Source: a virus
Length of the DNA: 62,154 bases
Virus record (IMG/VR): IMGVR_UViG_2534681696_000002
Direction: 5' to 3' (one strand)
Shown here: positions 24,811 through 33,206 of the stretch, one piece after another
Numbering within the stretch: the first letter of the stretch is position 1
How the letters are laid out: every line of letters begins with the position of its first letter
Notes under the pieces: generated by a model
The model's input: the letters and a program-made list of their open reading frames with translations, nothing else
What the model was told of the DNA's origin: nothing
The model's database searches: none
Made by a program: the position numbers and the translations under genes

Positions 24811-25125
24811 TTAATCGAGCGCTTCGATCTCTTCTAGCGATCTTTTCGATCTGACAACCTTATCGACAAAATATACGTTATCTTTAACTTTTTCGCGCAA
24901 TAATTGCGATGCTTGTATTTCGGTTTCTGATCGAATCCAATCGATACGACTTCTTTTAGCCTTATCGTAATAGTGAACTTCCCACGTTGGCGCTAGTCCC
25001 GATTCGACGCTCTCCTTTGATTCCGCAACCTGTTCGATTGTCGGCGATAAGATGTCGATACTTCCACTTAATTGCGTTGCTATTACAGTCGTAACAGGTA
25101 TTTCGAATAAGTTCATTTGTTCCAT
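24811..25125 (-). CDS. Hypothetical early protein (104 aa), first gene after P4
   Basis: Track ORF with a GGAGG RBS. Confidence 0.5.
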   Translation of the reverse strand: MEQMNLFEIPVTTVIATQLSGSIDILSPTIEQVAESKESVESGLAPTWEVHYYDKAKRSRIDWIRSETEIQASQLLREKVKDNVYFVDKVVRSKRSLEEIEALD

Positions 25126-25160
25126 TTCTGAAACCTCCGTCGTATTAATTTGTTGAGTTA

Positions 25161-25189
25161 ATCATATAACGATACCGCGAGTATGTCAA
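25161..25189 (-). promoter_or_regulatory. Sigma-A-type early promoter P4, divergent from the XRE regulator promoter
   Basis: Minus-strand TTGACAtactcgcGGTATCGttaTATGAT. Confidence 0.65.
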
Positions 25190-25205
25190 CAATTAATTTT
25201 AAACG

Positions 25206-25235
25206 TTGCAGCAGCGCGTATATTTGTGGTAAAAT
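25206..25235 (+). promoter_or_regulatory. Promoter for the plus-strand XRE regulator (TTGCAG-18-TAAAAT with TG extension)
   Basis: TTGCAGcagcgcgtatatttgtggTAAAAT. Confidence 0.5.
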
Positions 25236-25277
25236 GAGATATAATAATAAGATATCGATATTATCGGGGGTATATAG

Positions 25278-25658
25278 ATGAATAACTTAAAATATGTTAA
25301 TTTCGACAACGTTACGAAAGACGAGCCGCGTTGGGAAAAAGCTAAATATAAGGATTTCGAGCCGTTACACCGCACAAATACGGGGACGGGCATACGATTC
25401 GTATTACGCGAGTATCTAGAAAAAATCGGCTTATCGCAGCGATCACTAGCGGAATTAAGCGGATTAAATCAGCCGACTGTAAATGACATTTGCGAAAATC
25501 GAGCATTCCTATTAAACGTTACGCATCTTGTGCGCATATGCAGCGTACTGGGTTGCGATATTACTGATATTATGGTTACAGTACCGATACAAAATACCGA
25601 ATACACGGAAAGCGATAGCATTTATAATATAAAGCAAAAAGAAAAGGCGTCTCATTAA
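25278..25658 (+). CDS. XRE-family HTH regulator (repressor-like)
   Basis: ...LEKIGLSQRSLAELSGLNQPTVNDICENR... Divergent from the early promoter. Confidence 0.75.
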   Translation: MNNLKYVNFDNVTKDEPRWEKAKYKDFEPLHRTNTGTGIRFVLREYLEKIGLSQRSLAELSGLNQPTVNDICENRAFLLNVTHLVRICSVLGCDITDIMVTVPIQNTEYTESDSIYNIKQKEKASH

Positions 25659-25676
25659 TTTGAGCGCCTCTTTTTT
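25645..25676. terminator. Bidirectional terminator between convergent genes
   Basis: AGGCGTCTC-attaattt-GAGCGCCT, flanked by A- and T-runs. Confidence 0.6.
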
Positions 25677-25972
25677 ATTTGTGCGTTATGAAATTCGATT
25701 AACCATGCAGCTTTTCGAACTGTATACGGGTGGTGATACGGCAGATCGAAGCCCGATGCGGTTTCCGTCGTGAACCCTTCGAACTCTTTCGCCATATCAG
25801 CGACTTTTGCTTCGGCAGGATATTGCGCATGTAGTTCGCCTAGCTCGATCGCCCACCTATCATACGTATGATCGTCTAGTATATTCGTATTGAACTGATA
25901 GTAAATGCACGAATGTACTAGGATCTGATGTCGTCGCCTCGTAATTAAGTCGCGAATCTCTTCGTTAATCAT
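25655..25972 (-). CDS. Small protein resembling the N-terminal Ia domain of NAD-dependent DNA ligase
   Basis: Start ATG 25972 (ATGA overlap). IRDLITRRRHQILVHSCIYYQFNTNILDDHTYDRWAIELGELHAQYPAE resembles the LigA pattern L..H...YY....P.I.D.EYD.L..EL..LE..YPE. Confidence 0.35.
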   Translation of the reverse strand: MINEEIRDLITRRRHQILVHSCIYYQFNTNILDDHTYDRWAIELGELHAQYPAEAKVADMAKEFEGFTTETASGFDLPYHHPYTVRKAAWLIEFHNAQIKKRRSN

Positions 25973-26322
25973 AACCGAATAGACTCGACTTCTAGATCTC
26001 GCCATAACGAACGGTACGTGACATGCAAGTCGTGATCGCTTTTATCATATAAAGATCCGACCCGTTGCCCCAGTAGGTGCGCCATTTGATAGATCTTAAA
26101 TTCTTTTTCGTCGCGCGTCATATTCGATTTATAGCCCGATTGGTTTATGTGTAGGTCTATATAGCCGTATGTCTGATTCGTAAAATCTTCGACGCTTACC
26201 GATCCGCCCGACCAACCGTGACGACACTCGTTACAAGTCGTATTGATCGGTGTACTGAATTTATATTGCGATAAGACTTCGATAAGCTCGCCGACGTTCT
26301 TCGCCTGTTTTAGTTTAATCAT
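25969..26322 (-). CDS. Hypothetical protein (117 aa)
   Basis: Track ORF, coupled to the downstream gene. Confidence 0.45.
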   Translation of the reverse strand: MIKLKQAKNVGELIEVLSQYKFSTPINTTCNECRHGWSGGSVSVEDFTNQTYGYIDLHINQSGYKSNMTRDEKEFKIYQMAHLLGQRVGSLYDKSDHDLHVTYRSLWRDLEVESIRL

Positions 26323-26547
26323 GACGGCGATCCCTCCCGAATACTGATTGCGCCCATACTAACGATAGTACGACGAATATTACCGCAGTATCGATTAATT
26401 TACTGATCGTTCTTTTCATCTTCGCCCACCTCTTTTATACTGAATGTCTTCCATTCTTCCTCGTTACGCTCTAGTCCGACATATAGTGCGTCTTCGAGCC
26501 TTCCCGCAGATACATCGCCGACTAGTTGCAACGTGAATGTACGTACT

Positions 26548-26844
26548 TTAGACATCGAATCGCTCCCCATTATCGAATTTACAATCAGGCGCTAACGAAG
26601 GTTTTACGCATTGATGCCACCATTTAAAATTAACGGGACGTCTTCGCGTACAGTCGATTACTTTAGAAATTCGAAGATGCTTCCATCGCTTACCCCTTAC
26701 CGATTGCCCTACGGCTATGGCTTCGATTTTGATCTTATCGTGCAGAAAAGTACCTTCGTAATAATTCTCGTATACTTTGTTTGCTTCGTCTCTTTCTTGC
26801 GGTGTATCATAAATCGCAATTATATATCGTGGTTTAATTTCCAT
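26548..26844 (-). CDS. Hypothetical protein (98 aa)
   Basis: Start ATG 26844 after AGGAGG. The track start at 26865 is the ATG inside the box. Confidence 0.5.
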   Translation of the reverse strand: MEIKPRYIIAIYDTPQERDEANKVYENYYEGTFLHDKIKIEAIAVGQSVRGKRWKHLRISKVIDCTRRRPVNFKWWHQCVKPSLAPDCKFDNGERFDV

Positions 26845-26851
26845 ACTATCG

Positions 26852-26871
26852 CCTCCTACGTACATAAACGC
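26852..26871 (-). promoter_or_regulatory. Intergenic 20-bp box, copy m (GCGTTTATGTACGTAGGAGG)
   Basis: Ends 7 nt before ATG 26844. Its 3' end is the RBS. Confidence 0.7.
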
Positions 26872-26926
26872 CGATAAACAACAAAAAAGACGAGATCCGA
26901 AGATCCCGCCCTTTAACTCTCATATT

Positions 26927-28117
26927 TTAGAACATCATACCCGCGACCGCAGCGCTTAATAAATTCGCTAGCAATCCGCCGATTAACGCTAGGAAGCCTA
27001 ACTTTGCTACGTCCTTACGAATAGAAGGCGCTAAAGCTCCGATAGATCCTAGTAAGATTGCGATTACTGAGAAGTTAGCGAATCCGCATAATGCGAATGT
27101 AACTACTAGCATCGCTTTCGGTGACATTGTAGCGTCAACTAAGTGCCCGAACGCTACGAATTCATTTAATACTGTCTTTTGTCCGATGAATGACGCAGCT
27201 TGCATAATATCGCCGTTAGGTACGCCGATCAGCCACGCCAACGGCGCGAATAAGTAACCTAGAATCGACTCGATCGTAAGTCCTTCGATCCCGAATAGCG
27301 AGCCGACGCCGCCTAGAATACCGTTTGCGAATGCTACGATTGCGATAAACGCCATTAACATAGCAGCTACGGAAACTACGATTTGTATGCCCTCTTGCGC
27401 ACCTCGCGCCATTGCGTCGAACATATTCGCGCTCTCTTCGTCTTTAACTAGATTTACGTCTTTTACGCTTGACTCTTCCGTCGCTGGCATAATGATTTTT
27501 GCGATCAGTAATGCGGCAGGAATTGCCATAACCGCAGCCGTTAATAGATAATTTAACGGAATACCTAACGCAGCATAGCCGACTAGAATAGAACCCGCTA
27601 CCGACGCTAGCGCCGACGTCATGATCGTGAATAACTCAGCTTTTGTTAACTTCGTAAGATACGGCTTAATTAAGATCGGTGCTTCTGATGCGCCTAGTGC
27701 TACGCAGCCGATCGCATTAACGCCCTCTAGTTTAGATACGCCCATTAATTTAGAAATGATTGTACCGAAGAAGTTAACGATCTTTTGCATGATCCCGAAG
27801 TAGTATAGTAACGATACTAGCGAACTAATGAACACGATAACCATTAACGCATGGAAGAAAAATACGAAATTCCCAGTCGCTAGATCACCGAATACGAATT
27901 CGATCCCGCCCTTCGAATAATCCATGAAGTGTTGAACGCCATTCGATGCCATTTCGAGCGCCTTGATCCCGATAGTGGATTTCATTACGAACGCAGCGAA
28001 GCCGATCAGCATCGCCAAACCTACGAATACCGTTTGAAGTTTAATATTCTTGCGATCCTTCGATAGTAAGAATGCGATCGCTAGAATTCCTATAATACCT
28101 AAGATACCTCTAATCAT
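26927..28117 (-). CDS. nupC: NupC-family concentrative nucleoside transporter
   Basis: 396 aa, polytopic. ...GGIEFVFGDL..., ...GASEAPILIKPYL..., ...NEFVAFG..., ...FALCGFANFSVIAILLG... align by eye along the length of Bacillus NupC. Confidence 0.9.
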   Translation of the reverse strand: MIRGILGIIGILAIAFLLSKDRKNIKLQTVFVGLAMLIGFAAFVMKSTIGIKALEMASNGVQHFMDYSKGGIEFVFGDLATGNFVFFFHALMVIVFISSLVSLLYYFGIMQKIVNFFGTIISKLMGVSKLEGVNAIGCVALGASEAPILIKPYLTKLTKAELFTIMTSALASVAGSILVGYAALGIPLNYLLTAAVMAIPAALLIAKIIMPATEESSVKDVNLVKDEESANMFDAMARGAQEGIQIVVSVAAMLMAFIAIVAFANGILGGVGSLFGIEGLTIESILGYLFAPLAWLIGVPNGDIMQAASFIGQKTVLNEFVAFGHLVDATMSPKAMLVVTFALCGFANFSVIAILLGSIGALAPSIRKDVAKLGFLALIGGLLANLLSAAVAGMMF

Positions 28118-28284
28118 TTTGTTACCTCCTGATTATCTATTTGCTTATCTTCGAAAAATCCGCTTCTTTTACGGTGCGTTTCGCAGGCGTGGACGGTAAC
28201 GACGCCGCTCATTGTTAGAACAACGCCACTACATGCCGCAGGCTTACCGCATTCTTTGCCTCTGATTATGGCTTCGCACGTCAT
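28114..28284 (-). CDS. Small Cys/His-rich protein (56 aa), translationally coupled between dNK and NupC
   Basis: ATGA overlaps at both ends. Product MTCEAIIRGKECGKPAACSGVVLTMSGVVTVHACETHRKRSGFFEDKQIDNQEVTK. Absent from the track. Confidence 0.5.
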   Translation of the reverse strand: MTCEAIIRGKECGKPAACSGVVLTMSGVVTVHACETHRKRSGFFEDKQIDNQEVTK

Positions 28285-28940
28285 GCCGATAACCTCCCGA
28301 TTTTAATTAACGCATCTTTAACGATTTGTACGACTTTCTTTTTGTCTTCTTCGTCGTTAACGTAATCGAGTTCGGCTACATTAATTTTGATCTTCGGGGA
28401 TTTATCGTACATTTCGTACCATTTTGCGTACTTCTCATTTAAGCGATCCCAGTACCCGCGATCTACTTCACTTTCGATTCCGCGATTACGTTTTGCGATT
28501 CGTTGCATAGCCGTATCTACATCGCACTCTAGATAGATTAATAGCGTAGGTGCTTGCGTATGTTCTAACATTGAATCTAGTAACGTATCGTACGTGCGGA
28601 ATTCTTCCCACGTCATGCCCTCGCCGCCGTCTTCGAGATCTTCCGCTAGTAATTCCGCGAAGATACGATCACCGAAGATCGAACGATCTAAGATGCCGCC
28701 GTCTTTCTTGTGGATCTCCTTAATTTGCGCGAATCGTGTATTTAAGAAGTGGATTTGCGTAGTAAACGCCCATCTAGTTTTCTTCGCGTAGAATCTATCG
28801 AGCAGGTTTAACGTGTCCTGACTTCCGATTTCCTCGTATAACTTAATCCCTAACTCTTTTTCTAGTAATTTCGCTAATGTCGTTTTACCGACTCCGACGA
28901 TACCGTCCGCTACTATCACATGTTTCATCCCCTTTGTCAT
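28281..28940 (-). CDS. Deoxynucleoside kinase (dAK/dGK/dCK family)
   Basis: DGIVGVGKTT P-loop and the DRSIFGDRIFAELL motif. 219 aa. Confidence 0.85.
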   Translation of the reverse strand: MTKGMKHVIVADGIVGVGKTTLAKLLEKELGIKLYEEIGSQDTLNLLDRFYAKKTRWAFTTQIHFLNTRFAQIKEIHKKDGGILDRSIFGDRIFAELLAEDLEDGGEGMTWEEFRTYDTLLDSMLEHTQAPTLLIYLECDVDTAMQRIAKRNRGIESEVDRGYWDRLNEKYAKWYEMYDKSPKIKINVAELDYVNDEEDKKKVVQIVKDALIKIGRLSA

Positions 28941-28944
28941 ATTA

Positions 28945-29439
28945 TTAACCCCTCTTCTCGATGATCTTTTTCTCTACTAGGTGAGTCAGAATGACCGCGC
29001 ACGCGTCCGATTCATCGTCAGATATAAAGATAAAATCGTCAGATAGATTTAAGTACCTACGTACCGCCGTCTCTACGGCTTTCTTGTCCGCCTTGCCGTC
29101 GCCCGTCATTACGCGTTTGATCGTAGTAGGGGAAATCTCTTCGATCGCATAATCACGAAGCACAAGGTCGCTGATCCCAACGACTTTAAATAATGCTTGC
29201 GTAGTTTGTGCGAATCTACTAAAACCCTTTTCGCGAATGATCGTATCGAATGGCGCGAATTCTATCGATGCCTTTTTGAGTTCCGTCGCGATTACGTGTA
29301 GGCGTTGCCCGTGCCTTTGTCGTGGATTCGTTTTAATGCGGAATTTATGTACTAGATCTAGTTTCCCGTCTTCTAGATCGATGATAGCTACGCCCGCACT
29401 TGCTAACGAGAGATCGAGTCCTAGAAAGCGGCGTCGCAT
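28945..29439 (-). CDS. RuvC-like Holliday junction resolvase
   Basis: FLGLDLSLASAGVAIID N-terminus and C-terminal ...DDESDACAVILTHL. Start ATG 29439 (alternative 29481). Confidence 0.6.
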   Translation of the reverse strand: MRRRFLGLDLSLASAGVAIIDLEDGKLDLVHKFRIKTNPRQRHGQRLHVIATELKKASIEFAPFDTIIREKGFSRFAQTTQALFKVVGISDLVLRDYAIEEISPTTIKRVMTGDGKADKKAVETAVRRYLNLSDDFIFISDDESDACAVILTHLVEKKIIEKRG

Positions 29440-30551
29440 TGCTTGTCGTCGCCCTTCCAATTTTCCTCGATATAGCGCCATGCCTCTAGCACGCTATTTT
29501 TCTTCCATTGCGGCATTCGGGAACGGGAAATACGCTTTACTTGATCGCTGATTTCCGCATACTCTTCGGCAGTTAACGAAGCTACGGTCGCCTCTTTATA
29601 TGAGTTGAACGTAAATTTCGTAACGTCGAACTTCGGCGGCGTCTTTGCGTCTACGCAATCTAGAATATGCTTGAACTTGTCCATAATTTGCACTTTCGTT
29701 TCTTGTGCGAAATCGATTTCGAATGCCCTGATATCAGGATTTGCGATATAATCTTCTTCGCTCATGATCCACGATTTTTTCGATAGATTGCCGTATAATA
29801 CGACGCCTCTACTAATGTGCATATCTTTGAACAACATCGAATATGTGATCGATTGCATTTTGTGATCCTCGCCGACTTCTTTCATCGAATAGAATCCCGT
29901 TTGTGCGGACGTAGTTTGCTTCGACTTGATTTCTAACAAGACTAGCTCGCCCGTCTTTGTATCGACTAGGATTCCGTCACATTGCCCTAAGATCGAAACG
30001 ATTTGCCCGTTATGCTCTACGTGCGAGATCGTTTGACTGAATTTTTCCCATGCGGGATAACGTTTGCCGTTGACCTCAACGTAATATGGTACGAATGGCG
30101 GATCTTCGCCGAATTGCGATTTCCAATGCTTCTCGATGAATAATAGATCGCGTTGGATCATATCGCCGTATGCCGTACCCATTCGAGTCCATCGCCCTTG
30201 ATGCGGTCGCCCTGTATGCTGATCGCGTTCAGATTTAATGTGTTTCATGTACAATTCGCGGCTATCGCTATTCGTACTCGATGGTGTAAAGTACTTAGTA
30301 CCTCGTTTACCCCACGGCAGGCGCTTTTTATTGGTCGTACGAATCTCGTATTCCCAGTAGTGAATCTTCGCGTCTAGTTCGTCGTCCCATATCTCCTTAT
30401 TGCCGTGCCACTTATCGAGCATATCGATCAGCCTGTTTGCGACATCGCTATCGCCGCCACGTTTCGGCAGTTCTGAGACATCTTTCTTCGTCTTCGTTGC
30501 GGTAGTTTTCTTCTCAGTTCCTAAAACATCTACGACCTTAAATAAACTCAC
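29421..30551 (-). CDS. PD-(D/E)XK-family (RecB/Cas4-like) nuclease
   Basis: ...GQCDGILVDTKTGELVLLEIKSKQ... gives the D...ExK pattern. GTG start after AGGAGG. Confidence 0.55.
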   Translation of the reverse strand: MSLFKVVDVLGTEKKTTATKTKKDVSELPKRGGDSDVANRLIDMLDKWHGNKEIWDDELDAKIHYWEYEIRTTNKKRLPWGKRGTKYFTPSSTNSDSRELYMKHIKSERDQHTGRPHQGRWTRMGTAYGDMIQRDLLFIEKHWKSQFGEDPPFVPYYVEVNGKRYPAWEKFSQTISHVEHNGQIVSILGQCDGILVDTKTGELVLLEIKSKQTTSAQTGFYSMKEVGEDHKMQSITYSMLFKDMHISRGVVLYGNLSKKSWIMSEEDYIANPDIRAFEIDFAQETKVQIMDKFKHILDCVDAKTPPKFDVTKFTFNSYKEATVASLTAEEYAEISDQVKRISRSRMPQWKKNSVLEAWRYIEENWKGDDKQCDAAF

Positions 30552-30589
30552 CTTATCGCCTCCTATGTAATTGTCATGGATCGTTTTGC

Positions 30590-30609
30590 TTTTACACGTA
30601 CATAAACGC
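30590..30609 (-). promoter_or_regulatory. Intergenic 20-bp box, copy l (GCGTTTATGTACGTGTAAAA)
   Basis: 38 nt before GTG 30551. Confidence 0.7.
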
Positions 30610-30656
30610 AGCCCGACGCATACATTCGGCTATCTGTCAAGTTTATTTTTGCACAC

Positions 30657-30682
30657 AAAAAAGAGCGCCTATATAGCGCCCT
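30657..30682 (-). terminator. Terminator (AGGGCGC...GCGCTCT family)
   Basis: Minus-strand AGGGCGCTATATAGGCGCTCT followed by TTTTTT. Confidence 0.6.
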
Positions 30683-30803
30683 ATTTCTCTAGTGCTCGTA
30701 TTAGTTCGTGACCTTCGTTAAGAAATCGAATCAATGCGTCGCGATCTTCGAATTCCTTCGTTACGGTCTCGCCTGACTTTAGTTTAATGCGTGCTTTAAT
30801 CAT
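30681..30803 (-). CDS. Small protein (40 aa)
   Basis: ATGA-coupled to the upstream gene. Product MIKARIKLKSGETVTKEFEDRDALIRFLNEGHELIRALEK. Confidence 0.4.
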   Translation of the reverse strand: MIKARIKLKSGETVTKEFEDRDALIRFLNEGHELIRALEK

Positions 30804-31057
30804 ACGACCACCTCTTCGATATTATTTAAATGTTCGTTAACTCCTACGAATGTATGAAAAGTAATTCCGCTATGTAATAGATTCGTAGCTTGCATTCCGT
30901 TCAGCTCATGCGATGATATATCGATAATACATACGTCCTCTTTTAACTTATTTACGTAGTACCAACGCGCATCGACGTGCGAAGGCGTTTGTATTACCGT
31001 TACGAACTCTTTACCACTCTTAACATTATAATCCTTAATACCGTAAAATTTCATCAT
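30800..31057 (-). CDS. Hypothetical protein (85 aa)
   Basis: Track ORF. Confidence 0.45.
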   Translation of the reverse strand: MMKFYGIKDYNVKSGKEFVTVIQTPSHVDARWYYVNKLKEDVCIIDISSHELNGMQATNLLHSGITFHTFVGVNEHLNNIEEVVV

Positions 31058-31058
31058 G

Positions 31059-31355
31059 TTATTTTGCCACCTTTTCGAATGTATTAATATCGTAATACTT
31101 TACACCTACGCCTATAGCTCGCACGGCGTTATCTCGACCTACCTCCATCGCAGTACATCCGAATTTCTGACATAATGGCGAAGTGCTTCCGATCACGTTA
31201 TCGTAGAACGCTTCCGCAGCTTCGTCGTTTGGTGCGCCGATAATTGCAGCGACACCTGTTACGCCGTAGTCGCAAATTGCGAAGTACTTCGGCTCGATTG
31301 ATCCTTCCGCTAATAATTTATGTCTTCTCTCGTTGAATGCGTTCGTTACTTTCAT
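31059..31355 (-). CDS. Hypothetical protein (98 aa), first gene after P5
   Basis: Track ORF. Confidence 0.45.
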   Translation of the reverse strand: MKVTNAFNERRHKLLAEGSIEPKYFAICDYGVTGVAAIIGAPNDEAAEAFYDNVIGSTSPLCQKFGCTAMEVGRDNAVRAIGVGVKYYDINTFEKVAK

Positions 31356-31458
31356 ATATATATGACCACCTTATCATTTTAGTTTATTTAATCCCGCGCC
31401 TTAGTCGTCACGTCCGCGGTGAAGCCCGTCGATTGGCTGTTTTGCTTTCTTGTCTATT

Positions 31459-31487
31459 ATATTACATTGATACCTTCGTCATGTCAA
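31459..31487 (-). promoter_or_regulatory. Sigma-A-type early promoter P5
   Basis: Minus-strand TTGACAtgacgaaGGTATCAatgTAATAT. Confidence 0.65.
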
Positions 31488-31499
31488 CAATAATTAAAT

Positions 31500-31530
31500 A
31501 AAAAAATAGAGCGACCATATGCCGCCCTAT
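31500..31530 (-). terminator. Terminator (AGGGCGGC...GTCGCTCT family)
   Basis: Minus-strand AGGGCGGC-ATATG-GTCGCTCT followed by ATTTTTTT. Confidence 0.6.
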
Positions 31531-31541
31531 CTCGATCTATA

Positions 31542-31757
31542 TTAACCGACTGTTACGAAGCCGCGTTTTTTAATTTCGTGCCATTGTTTCGTAGGGAATC
31601 TTTTATTAATTAGTTGCGTATTGTTAGGCGCTCCGATCTCGAATACTACGATCGTATCTTTTAGCGTGATTGGTCGCAGCCCGAATTCGTCAGCTACAAA
31701 CGTCCTTTTAACTACGTCTCTTTCGCCTAAAATCCGATTGATTGCGTATTCTCTCAT
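31542..31757 (-). CDS. Hypothetical protein (71 aa)
   Basis: Track ORF, overlapping the upstream stop. Confidence 0.4.
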   Translation of the reverse strand: MREYAINRILGERDVVKRTFVADEFGLRPITLKDTIVVFEIGAPNNTQLINKRFPTKQWHEIKKRGFVTVG

Positions 31758-32623
31758 GCCTTGTAGCCCCCGTTATACTTCACTAGATTTTCGTTTAGTA
31801 CCGCAGATCCTAATCCATTGTCCATTTGTATTACTAGAATGCGATCGCCGTCGTAACCGTCGATTTTTAAGCCTTTGTTTTCTTTTACTACGCCCTGTAG
31901 GTACGCTTCCGTGATCGTCCCTTTTTCGTTATGGAAACGACTATTCTTGTCGCGAACCTTCACACGTTTCCCTGATAGCTCGATCTCTTTCGGTGTTTTA
32001 ACCTTCGCATATGTAGGGCTGAATTTATTCGGACGCTCTTCACTATCAATAATCATATTCGAAATATGAGCGCGTGGAATGCGTCTTTCTTCGATTTCCT
32101 TTAGTTGCGATTTAAGTACGCCGATCGTAGCTTCGATGTCGTTCATTGCTCTATGTGCGCCCTCTAGCTTAACGCCGCGACGCTTTGCCGTAGGATCTAG
32201 ACTTGCGGATTCCGTAGGATTTAAGAAACGTTCGATAGATCGTGTACATAAGAATGATTCGTGTCGGATTCCGAATTTTGATAGATACGCAGCATCGAAA
32301 GGTAGATAGTGCGCTACTAATGTGCTATTACCGATAAATGATTGTAATACGATCATCATTTGCAATTCGTGTACGCCATTCGTTAGCATGTGCTCGCGAA
32401 GATCTGTATTATCGATCAGGAAGTCAGGCAGCTTTTTACCTTCGTGTAATTTAACATACATATGCATTCGTCCCAGTTCTTGCGTTAAGTCCGTACGAAT
32501 TGCGGCAACCTCTACGACTTGATTTTCCATGTAGTCGAGTCCCGTCGTCTCGAAATCGAATACCGTAAATACTTCTTTCATTGATGGTTTAGCTAGCACG
32601 TTTTCTACGTTGAATGTCGTCAT
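31754..32623 (-). CDS. DnaQ-like DEDDh 3'-5' exonuclease with a C-terminal SH3/KOW-like extension
   Basis: FDFETTGL (Exo I), HYLPFDAAYL (Exo II) and HRAMNDIEAT (Exo III). Confidence 0.8.
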   Translation of the reverse strand: MTTFNVENVLAKPSMKEVFTVFDFETTGLDYMENQVVEVAAIRTDLTQELGRMHMYVKLHEGKKLPDFLIDNTDLREHMLTNGVHELQMMIVLQSFIGNSTLVAHYLPFDAAYLSKFGIRHESFLCTRSIERFLNPTESASLDPTAKRRGVKLEGAHRAMNDIEATIGVLKSQLKEIEERRIPRAHISNMIIDSEERPNKFSPTYAKVKTPKEIELSGKRVKVRDKNSRFHNEKGTITEAYLQGVVKENKGLKIDGYDGDRILVIQMDNGLGSAVLNENLVKYNGGYKA

Positions 32624-32624
32624 A

Positions 32625-33122
32625 TTAGTTGTCCCCTTTGCGTTTGTAGTATTTTTCGATATTGAATTTCGTTGCTAGTTCAATGTCTTCTAGCCCTTGC
32701 GATCCTTCGATCACCGCATTCATGTATGTATAAATCGGCTTCGCCGTTTGCATGATCGGTTTTCCATTCTTCGTATAGAACTGTACGACGAATACTTCTT
32801 CGAGATCTTCATGCGTAATGAGTCCGCGAATCGTATCGAATTTCGGGATCTTGCCATTCGTGCGATCCTTTGTTTTCGTGCCTTCTTTACGACCTTGTAC
32901 CCTCCCTAGCGTCATGCCTTTTGCGAAGTTCCCCGCCATTGCTAGCGCAGCGAGTGTACCTACCGCCCAGTAATTGCCTTGTTTCGCTACCGCCGATAAT
33001 GCAAGCGCAGTTCCTACGCCGATCACCGTATCGAAGATCGCGTCTTTCTTCGTGTACTTAACTTCCTGTTTTTCGAAATAATTTACGACTTTCTCTTTCG
33101 CTACCTTAATTGTGTCTAACAT
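32625..33122 (-). CDS. Membrane-associated hypothetical protein (165 aa)
   Basis: Start ATG 33122 after AAGAGG. Hydrophobic segment VIGVGTALALSAVA...GTLAALAMAG. Confidence 0.45.
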   Translation of the reverse strand: MLDTIKVAKEKVVNYFEKQEVKYTKKDAIFDTVIGVGTALALSAVAKQGNYWAVGTLAALAMAGNFAKGMTLGRVQGRKEGTKTKDRTNGKIPKFDTIRGLITHEDLEEVFVVQFYTKNGKPIMQTAKPIYTYMNAVIEGSQGLEDIELATKFNIEKYYKRKGDN

Positions 33123-33160
33123 ATAAATACCTCTTTTCAAATAAAATAAAAGGCGATCCG

Positions 33161-33180
33161 CCTTACACGTACATAAACGC
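33161..33180 (-). promoter_or_regulatory. Intergenic 20-bp box, copy k (GCGTTTATGTACGTGTAAGG), lying in the loop of a hairpin
   Basis: Flanked by GGCGACCGCC and GGCGGATCGCC arms, then TTTTATTTTATTT. 38 nt before ATG 33122. Confidence 0.7.
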
Positions 33181-33206
33181 AGGGCGGTCGCCTTTTCGGG
33201 TTAATT

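Noticed and set aside
25199-25393. Minus-strand 64-aa ORF opposite the XRE regulator start
   Set aside because: Antisense to a well-supported HTH gene and to its promoter region. No RBS.
26845-26865. Track start codons at 26865, 3564 and 45725 giving N-terminal MYV.../MYA... extensions
   Set aside because: These ATGs are the ATG of the 20-bp box. Each is followed by a strong RBS and an in-frame internal ATG (26844, 3507, 45701), which is the more likely start.
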